A stretch of DNA of 63,462 nucleotides, counting the filler, from Nemertoderma westbladi (Eukaryota > Animalia > Xenacoelomorpha): the NCBI GenBank assembly GCA_032718475.1. It is 4 parts of 4 records of this genome, joined end to end, with 100 filler letters (N's around TTAATTAATTAA, not from the genome) between each part and the next. Parts side by side here need not be neighbours in the genome. Positions count along the whole stretch, not along the records: positions 50,955 to 59,298 come from JAUCBJ010002928.1; positions 59,399 to 63,462 come from JAUCBJ010004686.1; 2 more parts are not named here. One strand, given 5' to 3'. Position 1 is the stretch's first letter; every line of letters starts with the position of its first letter. The notes below the pieces were generated by a model. It did no database searches, was not told where the DNA came from, and worked only from the letters and a program-made list of their open reading frames with translations. Positions 50,855 through 63,462 of this stretch are shown in pieces. Made by a program: the position numbers and the translations under genes.

Positions 50855-50954
50855 NNNNNNNNNNNNNNNNNNNNNNNNNNNNNNNNNNNNNNNNNNNNTT
50901 AATTAATTAANNNNNNNNNNNNNNNNNNNNNNNNNNNNNNNNNNNNNNNNNNNN
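50855..50954. other. Assembly gap
   Basis: N-run with TTAATTAATTAA linker. Confidence 0.98.
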
Positions 50955-53900
50955 AATTAATTACCGATACTGCTACTCAGTGTAGCGTGATATATATATA
51001 ATATATTAGAATACCGGTATGCTTATAGTATATATAACTATATAAGTATTATTACAGACTAGGTTTATCACAGAATACCGGTATAATTTTAGCACAAATA
51101 TATATAAATATATAATAGGCCTATCGGGAATACCGGTATACAGCTTACAGTTTTGTAATATATATAATTATAATTCTGGACTAGAATTAATTATAAAGTA
51201 CCGGTATAATTTCAGCCTAAATTTATAGAAATAAAGATAATAGGCCTATCGTAAATACCGGTATATCAATTATTTTAAATAATTGAATTTCTGAATTTTA
51301 GGGTTACTTGGTTACTTTACTTACTTTATTACCGTTTTTTGAGCAGTAATCCAACTGATATTGAGACCTAATGGTTGTATGGTAGGCCTACTATTTCTAA
51401 ATCGTTAGATTTGATTTATAATGTATATATACCCGTTTTAATGGGTTTTGTCAATGTTTGAAATAAATGTTATTATTTCTGGGGAGTAATCACTACACAA
51501 AGCGGTGCGCTTTCAGTGAAGTGTTACTTATAGGACACTAAAACAAATAATTCTAATTTACCTAAGTTACTTAATACTACAAATTACGTACAATTCGGGT
51601 GAGATTACAATCTCTAAATAAACACAAAAATTTACAAAAAACACAAAATACTAATTTTTAGGGTAATTTTACAAGAAGTCTACAAACCAGCCTAACAAAG
51701 GGTTAGAAATCTGGTTATTACAACTGACAGGGTACTGCGGTATTTGAAAATAATGAGTAGTAGTAAATACACCGCGTTGTCCAGATAGGAAAATACCACC
51801 GCCTGACGGCCTATAGCCGTATCGCTATAGGTACTACGTTATGTATCACGGAGTGTCCCTACCTAGAAGTTAATAGAGCTAATCGAACGTGCCTATCAAC
51901 CACTTTACAACACAAATGTAATGCCTACACTAATTACTTTCGGAAAGCACTGTACACTAAACCCTAAATTAGGTACGAGTACTTGTACAACATATAATCA
52001 GTAGTTAAATATACTTGAACAGCTAAAAGAACCACGGCATCTGCTGGAGTGACCGATGCACAAAATCACCAGTCTTTACCTACGCCAAGCAGCCCGTGTA
52101 GTACCGGGGTTAATTTAACTATAGCGGTATGTATAACAAACACAATTACTGTAGGAACAAACTTGGGGAATGAATGTTGCGAATAATCGCATAAACTCTG
52201 AATAATAAATATTACGCTACGCGTACAAACTACTCAAACAAAATGCAGACCGAACACTGACAGACTACTATCAAGCCTAAACAAACTACGGTATATGCAG
52301 ACTCCGAAATAATTAGGTAGTATGCGTTCTAACCCAGTAGTACGACTTATTCTTTAGTTGGGGGTTTACCTTACAGCATTCGCTGCCCCTACTTCCTAAC
52401 TGTTCTTTATCGGACAAGTGATCTACACACGCTGCAATCCGTTCAGACCTAATAACAGCCAGACAACTATCCAGCCTACAAATTATCTAAATAAATATTA
52501 TACGCTACCCGTACAGACTTACACAAACAAAGTACAGACTCAACGATGGCAGACTACTCTCAAGCCTAAATAAACTACAGGACATGCAGACTCCGAAATA
52601 ATTAGGTAGTATGCGTTCTAACCCAGTAGTACGACTTATTCTTTAGTTGGGGGTTTACCTTACAGCATTCGCTGCCCCTACTTCCTAACCGTTCTTTATC
52701 GGACAGGTGATCTACACACACTGCAATCCGTTCAGACTTAACAACAATCAGACAACAGCTCAGCCTACAAATTGTCTGTACAATCTGATCAGGCTTACAC
52801 GCCTTCTGTTCAATACTGGCCTACAAACAAATAAAACTTGACAGAAATAAGTAAAATCTCAATAAAAACCAGGCGTCCCCGATTAATTATTAAGACCTAC
52901 CGGCATATATCAATCAAATCGAATAATACTGCTGTACTTATACGGGAAGTACCGGTTAGGACAGTTAGGCCTACCGACCTACTGAAGTACCGGTTCTGGC
53001 AGTTGGACCTACGGGCCTACGGCAGTACCGGTTCTGGCAGTTGGGCCTACTGACCTACAGATGGACCTTTTCAGGTTTACCGGTTGACCGGTACTTTCAA
53101 CTTTATTGCTTACTGCAATAAAGAAGCTATATCCGTTATTGTTCTTACCAGAACAATATTAAACTGTATTTAATGCCTACACTGCAATACAGACTATATA
53201 TCCGTTATTGTTCGCGCTTTCAGACCTTTGGCAGTTTAACCCGCCAAATTAGGATGTCTTCTAGATAATAAATCACCTTTAGTCTATGACAAGTATTTAA
53301 TTCACTACACTAGTCGAAACCAATCTGTGCGCGATCATTCACCCGCTGGATATACCCGGGAGATTGGGTTCGACGGCTTAATCTTATTGCTATGTAAGCC
53401 TAATGTATTATTCGACTGACAGTATTATATAATCTCTGACAATATTATTCACCTTCGGGAAATATTACCAGTTCCTTTAGGACGTGGCGCTCTATCTATA
53501 TAAAAAGAGTTATGACTTAAACTACTCACAACGATATGGCTTAGTTATAATTCACATATATGGCGCATTCTTTAGGAAATGCTTCGTTATCAGGTTCACT
53601 CATACACAATGCTGCACAATACTGCACACTGATCTGCCGATCTTCACTGATTTTAGTTATATATAAAAGGAACACGGACCGAATCATGTAGGGTCTATCA
53701 AATAACATTAGATTCACTTCAAACCACTTTAACATAAGTCACAATTGTTATATGTAACCCTTCTCTCTTACCTTCGGTATATCAAGAATATTGGGTTTCG
53801 GGGTTATTTATCGTTATTCCAAATATAATAATTCATCAACCATATTATGAAGAACTGACAGCAAATAGCAGTATAACAATATAAAGTATGCACAGGTTGT

Positions 53901-54406
53901 TTGATTAGGTATGGTATGTTATGTTGTGATAAATGCAGTGATCAGACATCAGATAACGGATATATGTCCTTATAATTAAGCCTACTAGTGTAAGACTAAA
54001 AACTGAAAACACGGAGGTGCCAAAAGCCGGTTCTTAGGCTCTGGGCAAAAACATAACACTGAACTACTGAGTTTCTGTATACACCTCCAACACAGAGACA
54101 ACAAACGCTCTGATTGGTCAACCTGAACAACGAGAGAACAAAGAAACAAAGAAACGTCGACGTGGCAATATCAGCTGCTAGCCGTCGTCATGGTAGCGAC
54201 ACTGTTTTCAAAAGTATCCAGCTATTGCGTCACGAGATTGTGGATTATGTCCTCTAAAGTACAAATACAGTACAAATACATAAGAAATGACTTTTATGTC
54301 CTCTAAAACACCAGTACAGCAAGGACACGGCCTTTTTATGCCTGGCAAACCAACTACAGAGTACTTTAAGGGAAAATAACCGGCTAATTACGCAAAAGCT
54401 TTTACA
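50955..54406 (-). mobile_element. 5' LTR and long leader of a diverged relative of the BEL element, cut by the gap
   Basis: LTR 54406-53209 (TGTAAAAGCTTTTGC...GCGCGAACA). Leader is collinear with 2442-4096 plus 10283-10320. ~290-bp internal duplication at 52204-52770. Inserted in an RTE fragment. Confidence 0.9.
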
Positions 54407-55205
54407 ATCCCTTTCAACTTGATCTATATATGTTATGGCCGGTCGTCCACGACTACGCTTTCCATGAGTTGGTTGCCAGAAAAGTAGATCTGGTATGATC
54501 TCGTCTTTACTTCGCCGGCAGTGCCCACTGAATCTTAATCTGCGTTCACAGAGGGTGGTTAATACAGGTGGTATTGTACCATAAAGCTCGGCGTTTGTTA
54601 TGTGTTGTCTCCAGCTGATGTTTAGGGCTGCCCTTAGTAGTCTGGTGTAGCAACCATCTATTCGTTGTTCAAGTGATTTCGTCAGTGTCCAGGTCTCACC
54701 CCCGCACGTATAAAAGTACACTTTCCACTGTGGCTCGAATGAACTTATTCTTCAGGTACCTGGAGAGATCTGATTTCCAGATGGTATCCATTTTTGATAG
54801 ATGTACCCAAGCCTTTGCTTTCCTAACTTCTATGTCCTTTTTGCTACTCTCTATCCATGATCCAAGGTACTGGAAGTCGTCAACCTTCCTTAGTTGATTA
54901 TTATCAATTTTGGTCAAGTTTCCATTAACTTTAAAATTCATGAATTCCGTCTTGGTAGCATTTATATGCAATCCAACCTCCTTACAAGCCCTTTCCACTT
55001 TATTCAGTGTATCTGCTAGAGTATTACTGTAGAGAGCAGGACGATGTCATCCGCAAAGTCGGTGTCTGTGACTGTAGTTGTCGGATATCTACTACTTCTG
55101 CGTTCTTGAAGTGTGAATCCCAGATCTTCACCCTTTGTGGCCGTCCTCATTGCGTAATCCAGTACAATTACGAATAGTAATGGCGCCAATGTGTCACCTT
55201 GCAGT
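54407..55205 (-). mobile_element. Decayed RTE LINE fragment (second subfamily)
   Basis: LQGDTLAP, DFADD, FQYLGSW, VESVLLY, RLRFSGH, RSRGRP; interrupted by the LTR at 54406. Confidence 0.85.
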
Positions 55206-56661
55206 ACGCGAGCCAGGATTGAGAAGAACTCATGTGTTCATAATAGAAATAATTAATAATTATGCTCTTAATTATACTCGTTGCTTTTCTTATTACTTTT
55301 TTCACTGGGAAAATAACTACAATCAATGCAGCCTATATGGGTTACTTTTTTTACTAAGGAAAAAATACGACTTTTTCTCCGGAGTTTTGGGGTATATTCG
55401 GGGTGACTACAAAACAAACACCCAAATTATAAAGACCTTTACAAAACACGTGTTAACTTTTGTTAACTTGTTAACTGGGACGCCTTGCCCCCCCCCCCCC
55501 CCCCCCCCCCCGTCACCTAACGCTGTGTTCCGCCTGTTTGTATAAAATATATTAGTATCGGTGATGATTACCCAACGGATTTGCGATCCATTATTCGTAT
55601 TTGGAGAAGGACAGTATCATCTTTAGTTATTGTTCATGGAAAGCGGATGAGATTACCTACTGTATAACATATTTGTGATTGTCATTGTTGAATGATGACT
55701 ACTTAGCGATACAAAGATTAAAACATTAGCACTTCAAAGGATAGTCGCTTCCTGCTGTTTCGTTTATCCTGCTCCGTTCAGTGAGCTAATATTTCAGGTA
55801 AGTAGAAGATAGTATTTCCTGCTAAAAACAACTTAATGTCCACAAAGACAACATAAAGAATTACCCAAAAACATACCGGTAACGATCTCATTTAATTTCT
55901 AAATGAGGTAATTAAAATAAATAAATAAGTGGGGTATTTTATGACCAAAAGGCACTGCATGTAAATTTAAGTGAGCTTATATAATTTGATCATTTAAGTT
56001 AAGAAGCCGCAAGATTTCAGCTATGGGCATTCCAATCTTGTAATATGATCTATGTGAATATAGTTTTCAGTAAACTGGCATGATGCCAGCATAAGGGTTG
56101 TTGCACTGAACGATACAAATGAATGAATAATTCACCTTCAGAAAGACATTATATTAATATTATAATACTGTATGCTACTATATTTAATATATTAACGTAT
56201 TCATTACTTTTCACAGTAATTATTAGGCTTAATCTCATGAATGCGCATACAATTATTTGCTGCTGAATATAATTAATAAATCAATGTATGAGAAACAAAT
56301 TATAATAAATAAAAATAATACTACAATAATAAACAGATACCCATTACCAAACTCATATATAATTAATATATGTATCACTAAATTACATATTCTGTATTTT
56401 GCATATAGTTAGATGGATATAACATTTTTGATTGCATATAATTAAATAAAGAAATTCACTGAAGTTCACTTTCAAGACAAACTTTCCGTCATTCCATCGT
56501 TGATGCTACACAATTGTTCCAATCTTCAGGAGGAGCGAGATAACACAAATATGTGTCTGCACAAATCTTTCAATCGTCCAACGAATAAAACTAAATTTAT
56601 CAAAGTAATTATTACTCCATCACCCAACAAATATATATTAATACTTTGTATGGTATTTTAA

Positions 56662-57780
56662 TTATTTTGTGCCATAAGCTCCAATCAGCTTACGAACGGT
56701 ATCGATAATCTCGCTCACCAAGATTGTGTCTTTCCAAGGAACTTCTGCGGTTTCTTTCAATCCACCGTTGATGGCACTCCGTATTGCATCAGCTTCGTAA
56801 ATAAAACCGGCTGAATTAATGAAGTTAAAGGCCCCATCGCCTGTCACCTGAGGTACATCGTAAATTTCTTCTTTTCCATTGACAACCAATTTTGTGGGGC
56901 ACCAAAATGTGTCAATCTTGAAATTCCCCAACGTCCCAGACACTACTGCTGTATTCGGCTGCTCAGACACCAAAGATATAGTGAGAACTGCTAATTTACA
57001 ATGATTAAACTTCAACGTGACAACAGTGGTTTCATCTACTTTCGTGACCGGGTTTAAGGCCGCGACTGCGGACACCTTATCCACTTTGTAGCCAATGTTA
57101 TGGTAAACCCACAACGCAAACTGAATCGCGTACACTCCCATGTCGTACATGGCACCTCCCCCAAGATTTGGGTCGTGAAACCTCGTATTGACATCTGGTA
57201 AATTCATGCCGACATTTATGGCAATGGTCCTCACATCTCCTATTTCCCCTTCAACCATTAGCTTCCGTATTCGTTTGTAAATTGGAAAATATCGGGACCA
57301 CAAACCCTCGGCAAGAAACACTTTCTTCTTCTTTGCCAAATCGCATAAAGTTTTTGTATCTTTGGACGACATTGTCAACGGTTTCTCGCACAATACGTGT
57401 TTCCCTGCATTCAAGAAGAGTTTAGCCGCTTCGAAATGATGTGGATTAATAATTCCGATGTATACAATATCGACAGTGTCATCGTCCGCCATCTCTTTAT
57501 AACTCCCGTAAGCTCTGGATATGTTGCGCTCTGTGGCGAATGCCTGGGCTTTCTCCAAGGAACGTGATGCGACGGCCTGCAAACAATGCCTGTCTTTCGC
57601 ATTGTTTTGTGCGCGAGTGAAATCATTTACAATATTGCCTGTCCCACAAATACCCCATCGCAGGATAGGTTGACGTTTTTTGTGCCCTCTCTTCTTTTTA
57701 ACTGGCTTGTCAGATTTTCCAGCTGGTTTTGTAGATTTCTCGGATAGCGGTACATCAGTCTTTCCATGTTTATCGGACAT
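56662..57780 (-). CDS. DHDH: Dihydrodiol dehydrogenase (Gfo/Idh/MocA family), single exon
   Basis: LRWGICGTGNI, AVASRS, AYGSY, GKHVLCEKP, WSRYFP, GGGAMYDMGVY, FNFINSAGFIYEA; first ATG at 57780. Confidence 0.9.
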   Translation of the reverse strand: MSDKHGKTDVPLSEKSTKPAGKSDKPVKKKRGHKKRQPILRWGICGTGNIVNDFTRAQNNAKDRHCLQAVASRSLEKAQAFATERNISRAYGSYKEMADDDTVDIVYIGIINPHHFEAAKLFLNAGKHVLCEKPLTMSSKDTKTLCDLAKKKKVFLAEGLWSRYFPIYKRIRKLMVEGEIGDVRTIAINVGMNLPDVNTRFHDPNLGGGAMYDMGVYAIQFALWVYHNIGYKVDKVSAVAALNPVTKVDETTVVTLKFNHCKLAVLTISLVSEQPNTAVVSGTLGNFKIDTFWCPTKLVVNGKEEIYDVPQVTGDGAFNFINSAGFIYEADAIRSAINGGLKETAEVPWKDTILVSEIIDTVRKLIGAYGTK

Positions 57781-59244
57781 GATGATATTTATAGTTGTTA
57801 CACACAATAATAGTACTGTAATTTGTAATTTCAATGGTTTAAATTAAATAGTGTAATATGTTTCCTACAAAGAGTCAATTTGCTCAGTGTCGGTAAACAA
57901 TAGCACCGCTAGCAGTTAGTAATGTTGGGTACAGTACTATGTAAATGACTCGCCGACAAAGTTTCTAACCAAAAAATAGTAAAATTGAAAAAGATTGATA
58001 AATTATTTTACTGTATTATTTTTATGTTTTTAATATCCATAGATAGTATAAATAACTATGTACTGTAATTAAAAAAAACTACACAAATGCGAATGGAGAG
58101 AAAAAGGCGGAGTGTATAACATAACACCCCGTAAGGCTGTTTACATATCTTGCAAATCATACTTTACAAAATCGAACCGCAACTTGAGTGCGTCGGCGGT
58201 CGGCTTGACTCGGCTTTTAGAAGGTCCTCTGTTTAAATTACATATAATTAATTTTATATTTATTTGAATACAAATTTAATATAACTGTAAATATTATTAT
58301 ATTGTTTATAAATATTATTTATTAGTTTATTAAATAACACTACACAATCTTCCGCAGTATATTAGTGCATCATGACAGTGTAACAAAGCGAATTGCAACT
58401 ATTGATAATTTCCTCAGTTAATGTATATGCGAGGTTGGCTGTGCAGTGCATCGTTATTGTGTTGGGTGTGCAGTGATACTCTGGCTATGGTATACACTGT
58501 ACAGCACATACAGGGGCTGTATAATTTATTGTTAATATACACTGATAGATACAATTCCATCTACACCATTGATACATACAGTACAACAGTGAATCGATTG
58601 TCGGTTAGCTACAGTTACACTCCATCTCTATAATTTATCTTGGACATTGTCATAAAGAAAGTTACCTTATGTTCTTTCCAGCTATCCAGGGTTGGATATA
58701 CTGTAGTATGTAATTAACAATGCTTCTACAGTATATATGTAAAGCACATTGTTAGAGTCTCATCCTCTATTGAAGTTCGAACAATGTTCATCTTCCTAGA
58801 TATCGTATGTGATTATGAGAGCAAAACTATATTTAGATTTCATAATGTGACGTTTGATTAGTAAGATCTGTCACCATACATCTACTGCTTTGTTTCCCAA
58901 ATTATTTAGAACAGGTATAATTAACTTCCTTCCCGTAATTAATATACGCCCACTGTACAACTACTGCAAGCATAAAAGGAGTGGATATGGATCCGCCATC
59001 GAGTTTAGTATATTTCCAGTTCTACAGTTCTACTGGCATGCGGTAGGCCTACTTCGGTAATTGCATGTTTGTACAGATTCAACCCAAACAAAAATTATTA
59101 GTACAACATTTAGTAATGGTTAGCTTTTATCCACGTTAACCATGCCACAGTATTCTATAAGTTTGTGACAAAATTTAAGTGAATGCGCAAAATGACCGCA
59201 AATATCCACTGTTTATTAGCGGGTTAAAACATTTCATTGATTTT

Positions 59245-59277
<33 letters not shown>

Positions 59278-59298
59278 GTATATTAATCCCAATAAATG

Positions 59299-59398
59299 NN
59301 NNNNNNNNNNNNNNNNNNNNNNNNNNNNNNNNNNNNNNNNNNTTAATTAATTAANNNNNNNNNNNNNNNNNNNNNNNNNNNNNNNNNNNNNNNNNNNN
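59299..59398. other. Assembly gap
   Basis: N-run with TTAATTAATTAA linker. Confidence 0.98.
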
Positions 59399-60384
59399 GA
59401 TGCGTGGCCAGTCTGGGGTCCGTGGCCAGTCTGGGGTCCGTGGCCACTCCTAGGTCCGTGGCCCGTCTGGGGTCCGTGGCCAGTCTGGGGTCCGTGGCCA
59501 GTCAGGGGTCCGTGGCCAGTCTGGAGTCCGTGACCCGTCTGGGGTCCGTGGCCAGTCTGGGGTCCGTGGCCAGTCTGGGGTCCGTGGCCCGTCTGGGGTC
59601 CGTGGTCCGTCTGGGACAGATTCGCCCACACCGTGAACGCCCCCATCGCCCCGGCCAACAGATCGCCCTGCCCGCCGCAACGCCTGTTAGTTCCAGGTTC
59701 GACCCCGAGTACCAGCCCGCGGGCGTCGCCTATGACGTCGACCAGCCCCTTCCGCACCACGGTGACCCCAGGCAGTGCGGCGCAAACAGCCGGCATCGTC
59801 TGCTCCGGGCTGTCTGCCGCCACCGTATGCACCCCCAACCCCTGTCCGAGTCGGATGTATTCGATCCCGTTCGGAGTCAAAATAAACTTAGAATAATCCT
59901 CTATAACCTCCTTAATGCTCGCAGCAACTTTAACGGCCTCGGCGTCGGCTACTACCGGTAAGTTTAACTCTCGACCGCGTTTCATAAACTCGCCAGCCCG
60001 CACGTTAAGCAGACTGTCCGCCCCGAGTCCAGGTCCGACCACGAGCGCGTGGCAACGCGGCAACCACCGCTCCAACCCCTCGGTAAACTCTTCCGGCTCA
60101 GCGTCGAGTATCGGATGGACGATCAACTCCGGACTGTAAGACTTTATCACCGGGGCCGCCGCCTTGGCACAGACAACGTGGACCAGATCGGCGCCGGTTT
60201 TTAGCGCGGATATCGCGGCGAAGTAGGGCGCCCCCGTGTAATCCGCGGAGCCCCCCACCACGCAGACCCGGCCCGCTTCGCCTTTACGACGTTCGCCGGA
60301 TAACCTCGGGATTATTCGCCGGCAGTCAGCCAGTAATCTATCGCGTTCTTTTCGCAACGGAGAAGCTTCTACCGCTACCGCCAT
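59399..60384 (-). CDS. NAXD: ATP-dependent NAD(P)HX dehydratase, 3' end lost in the gap
   Basis: KGEAGRVCVVGGSADYTGAPYFAA, IKSYSPELIVHP, VVGPGLG, ILTPN, RRCGGQGDLLAG; likely start MAVAVE at 60384. Confidence 0.92.
59404..59615. repeat. 18-bp in-frame tandem repeat (GPQTGH)n, at least 11 copies
   Basis: GTCTGGGGTCCGTGGCCA units running into the gap. Confidence 0.95.
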
Positions 60385-60975
60385 GTTCGTAGACGTATGT
60401 TTAGGCCTACAGGTACCGGTACAACAATGAACATCGGATCTGTTCAGTAAACGGCTTTGTTTTCGAATTCGACAAACTGCTAAGAAATATAGCATGCCTA
60501 GTGCCTGCCTATGCCTACAACTATACAAGCTGACAAGCTACATTATAAATACCTGTAATACTGTAATATTGCCTTGCTCTGAAAACTCGAGATTATATTC
60601 ATAACCAAATGGTATTCCGTGGTAGGCCTACTTCACCGACCACGTGGTTGCAGTTTGCAGAAAGAAAGGGCGTTCACAGGTAGACAGTAAATACAACCTA
60701 CAAACTATATCAGCTGGTAAAAACAGTCTGATTGTCTACTAATTCTTCTAAACTGAAACTATATCGAGTAGGCCTGCCTACTTGATGTTTAGCACGGCCT
60801 ACTACATACAATATGTGGCAGTAGACCTACTAGAAATGTACTGTTCTATATTTACGGAGGCACATGTGTTAGCGGCTTTGTGTGGAAACAGGTTTTCTTA
60901 AGAAAGCCTAGGCTTTGTTAAGAAAACCGTTCGAAATCAAGAATGCCTAGGCATTCATTAGATTCCACACAAAGC

Positions 60976-61495
60976 CTAGACTTTGTTGTCAGGTAGATTT
61001 AGAAACTTAAGTGACTTTTTGAGAAACGAACATTCTATGGAGTCAAACGCTTTTTTAAAATCCGCCATTACCAGCATCCCTGGCTGTTGGTCTAATTCAA
61101 GCTGATCTGTGGTATTCAACACTCGTCTTATGTTCTCCCCAATAAAACGGCCTTTAACGTAGCCTGTTTGGTCTGTGTTTGTTATAATAGGGAGGACTGA
61201 CTTTAATCTTGCAGCAAGAAATTTGCTCAAAATCTTATAGTCTGTGTTCAATAGGGTTATCGGTCGTCTGTTTTCTATTAATGACGGCGGTTTATCTTTT
61301 TTGGAAATAATGAGATAATACCTTGATTTTGGGACACCGAAAGTTGACCAACGTCTGCGGAGTGAAAAAGCTTTCGTAAAAATATTGTTTGATATCCGGC
61401 CAAAAAACTTGTAAAATTCCGTACTGAAACCATCTCCCCCTGGACGTTTCCCATTCTCCATTTCTTTAAGCGCACAAGTTAACTCATCTAACGAT
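60976..61495 (-). mobile_element. L1/Tx1-clade RT fragment
   Basis: PGGDGFSTEFYKFF, RPITLLNTDYKILSK, DQTGYVKGRFIGENIR, DFKKAFDS. Confidence 0.85.
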
Positions 61496-61499
61496 AACC

Positions 61500-63301
61500 A
61501 CGAACACCTAATTTTACAGACGGTAGTGGCCCGAACACCTAATATTACAGACGGTGGTGACCCGAACACCTAATATTACAGACGGTGGTGACCCGAATAC
61601 CTAATATTACAGACGGCGGTGACCCGAACACCTAATATTACAGACGGTGGTGACCCGAACACCTAATATTACAGGCGGTGGTGACCCGAACACCTAATAT
61701 TACAGACGGTGGTGACCCGAACACCTAATATTACAGACGGTGGTGACCCGAACACCTAATATTACAGACGGTGGTGACTCGAACACCTAATATTACAGAC
61801 GGTGGTGACCCGAACACCTAATATTACAGACGGTGGTGACTCGAACACCTAATATTACAGACGGTGGTGACCCGAACACCTAATATTACAGACGGTGGTG
61901 ACCCGAACACCTAATATTGCAGACAGTGGTGACCCGAACACCTAATATTACAGACGGTGGTGACCCGAACACCCAATATTACAGACGGTGGTGACCCGAA
62001 CACCTAATATTACAGACGGTGGTGACCCGAACACCTAATATTACAGACGGTGGTGACCCGAACACCCAATATTACAGACGGTGGTGACCAGAACACCCAA
62101 TATTACAGACGGTGGTGACCCGAACACCTGATATTACAGATGGTAGTGACCCGAAAACCTAATATTACATACGGTGGTGACCCGAACACCTAATATTACA
62201 GACGGTGGTGACCCGAACACCTAATATTACAGACGGTGGTGACCCGAACACCTAATATTACAGACGGTGGTGACCCGAACACCTAATATTACAGACGGTG
62301 GTGACCCGAACACCTAATATTACAGACGGTGGTGACCCGAACACCTAATATTACAGACGGTGGTGACCCGAACACCTAATATTACAGACGGTGGTGACCC
62401 GAACACCTAATATTACAGACGGTGGTGACCAGAACACCCAATATTACAGACGGTGGTGACCCGAACACCTAATATTACAGATGGTAGTGACCCGAAAACC
62501 TAATATTACATACGGTGGTGACCCGAACACCTAATATTACCAGACGGTGGTGACTCGAACACCTAATATTACAGACGGTGGTGACCCGAACACCTAATAT
62601 TACAGACGGTGGTGACCCGAACACCTAATATTACAGACGGTGGTGACCCGAACACCTAATATTACAGACGGTGGTGACCCGAACACCTAATATTACAGAC
62701 GGTGGTGACCCGAACACCTAATATTACAGACGGTGGTGACCCGAACACCTAATATTACAGACGGTGGTGACCCGAACACCTAATATTACAGACGGTGGTG
62801 ACCCGAACACCTAATATTACAGACGGTGGTGACCCGAACACCTAATATTACAGACGGTGGTGACCCGAACACCTAATATTACAGACGGTGGTGACCCGAA
62901 CACCTAATATTACAGACGGTGGTGACCCGAACACCTAATATTACAGACGGTGGTGACCCGAACACCTAATATTACAGACGGTGGTGACCCGAACACCTAA
63001 TATTACAGACGGTGGTGACCCGAACACCTAATATTACAGACGGTGGTGACCCGAACACCTAATATTACAGACGGTGGTGACCCGAACACCCAATATTACA
63101 GACGGTGGTGACCCGAACACCTAATATTACAGATGGTAGTGACCCGAAAACCTAATATTACATACGGTGGTGACCCAGACACCCACCTAATATTACATGA
63201 CGGTGGGTGACCCGAACACCTAATATTACAGACGGTGGTGAACCTGAACACCTAGTATTACAGACGGTGGTGACCCGAACACCTAATATTACAGGCGGTG
63301 G
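61500..63301. repeat. 31-bp satellite/minisatellite, about 58 copies
   Basis: Unit CCCGAACACCTAATATTACAGACGGTGGTGA, head-to-tail with no spacers. Confidence 0.97.
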
Positions 63302-63462
63302 TTCAGTTAATTAAATTGACTGGGCTACAAACACAGAAATACGATGTACTGTATTTGTAGAGTGCTGTAGGCTGTTTAGCGAAGGAGCAGGTTACAGAAG
63401 CTGGTTAAGGAACAAAAACACCTGTTACACAATTATGCTGGTTAGCAAAGCGGTGTGGGTGG

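Noticed and set aside
54254-54406. Apparent C-terminal extension of the RTE ORF
   Set aside because: This part is LTR sequence read through from the interrupted RTE.
60385-60528. Longer NAXD N-terminus in the ORF track
   Set aside because: Non-ATG start and no NAXD similarity; the ATG at 60384 fits better, although an upstream in-frame ATG giving a targeting peptide cannot be excluded.
61500-63301. CRISPR-like array of ~31-bp repeats
   Set aside because: Units are head-to-tail with no unique spacers, no cas genes are present, and the context is eukaryotic.

Overview
AT-rich, transposon-saturated animal (probably invertebrate) genomic scaffold with three 100-N gaps. Host genes: the 3' exon of a LamG/ConA-like protein and four apparently single-exon housekeeping genes (ABHD11, RNF5/185, DHDH, NAXD). 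The main object is a complete but decayed, unusually large BEL/Pao LTR retrotransposon (1256-23070; ~1.19-kb LTRs, AAATG TSD). It carries a nested full-length RTEX-like LINE and an extra ~517-codon orphan ORF before the 3' LTR. The 5' part of a diverged relative lies on the minus strand at 50955-54406. Best lead: neither element has a tRNA primer-binding site. In each, the 12-13 nt directly after the 5' LTR are perfectly complementary to a site ~410-440 nt inside its own LTR, and the two pairs differ in sequence while both keep the pairing. This suggests Tf1-like self-priming in a BEL/Pao lineage. The rest is RTE, CR1/L2-group and L1/Tx1 fragments, many MITE, foldback and Helentron-like elements, probable Tc1/mariner excision footprints, and a 31-bp satellite. 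All calls come from reading the sequence by eye; no searches were run.
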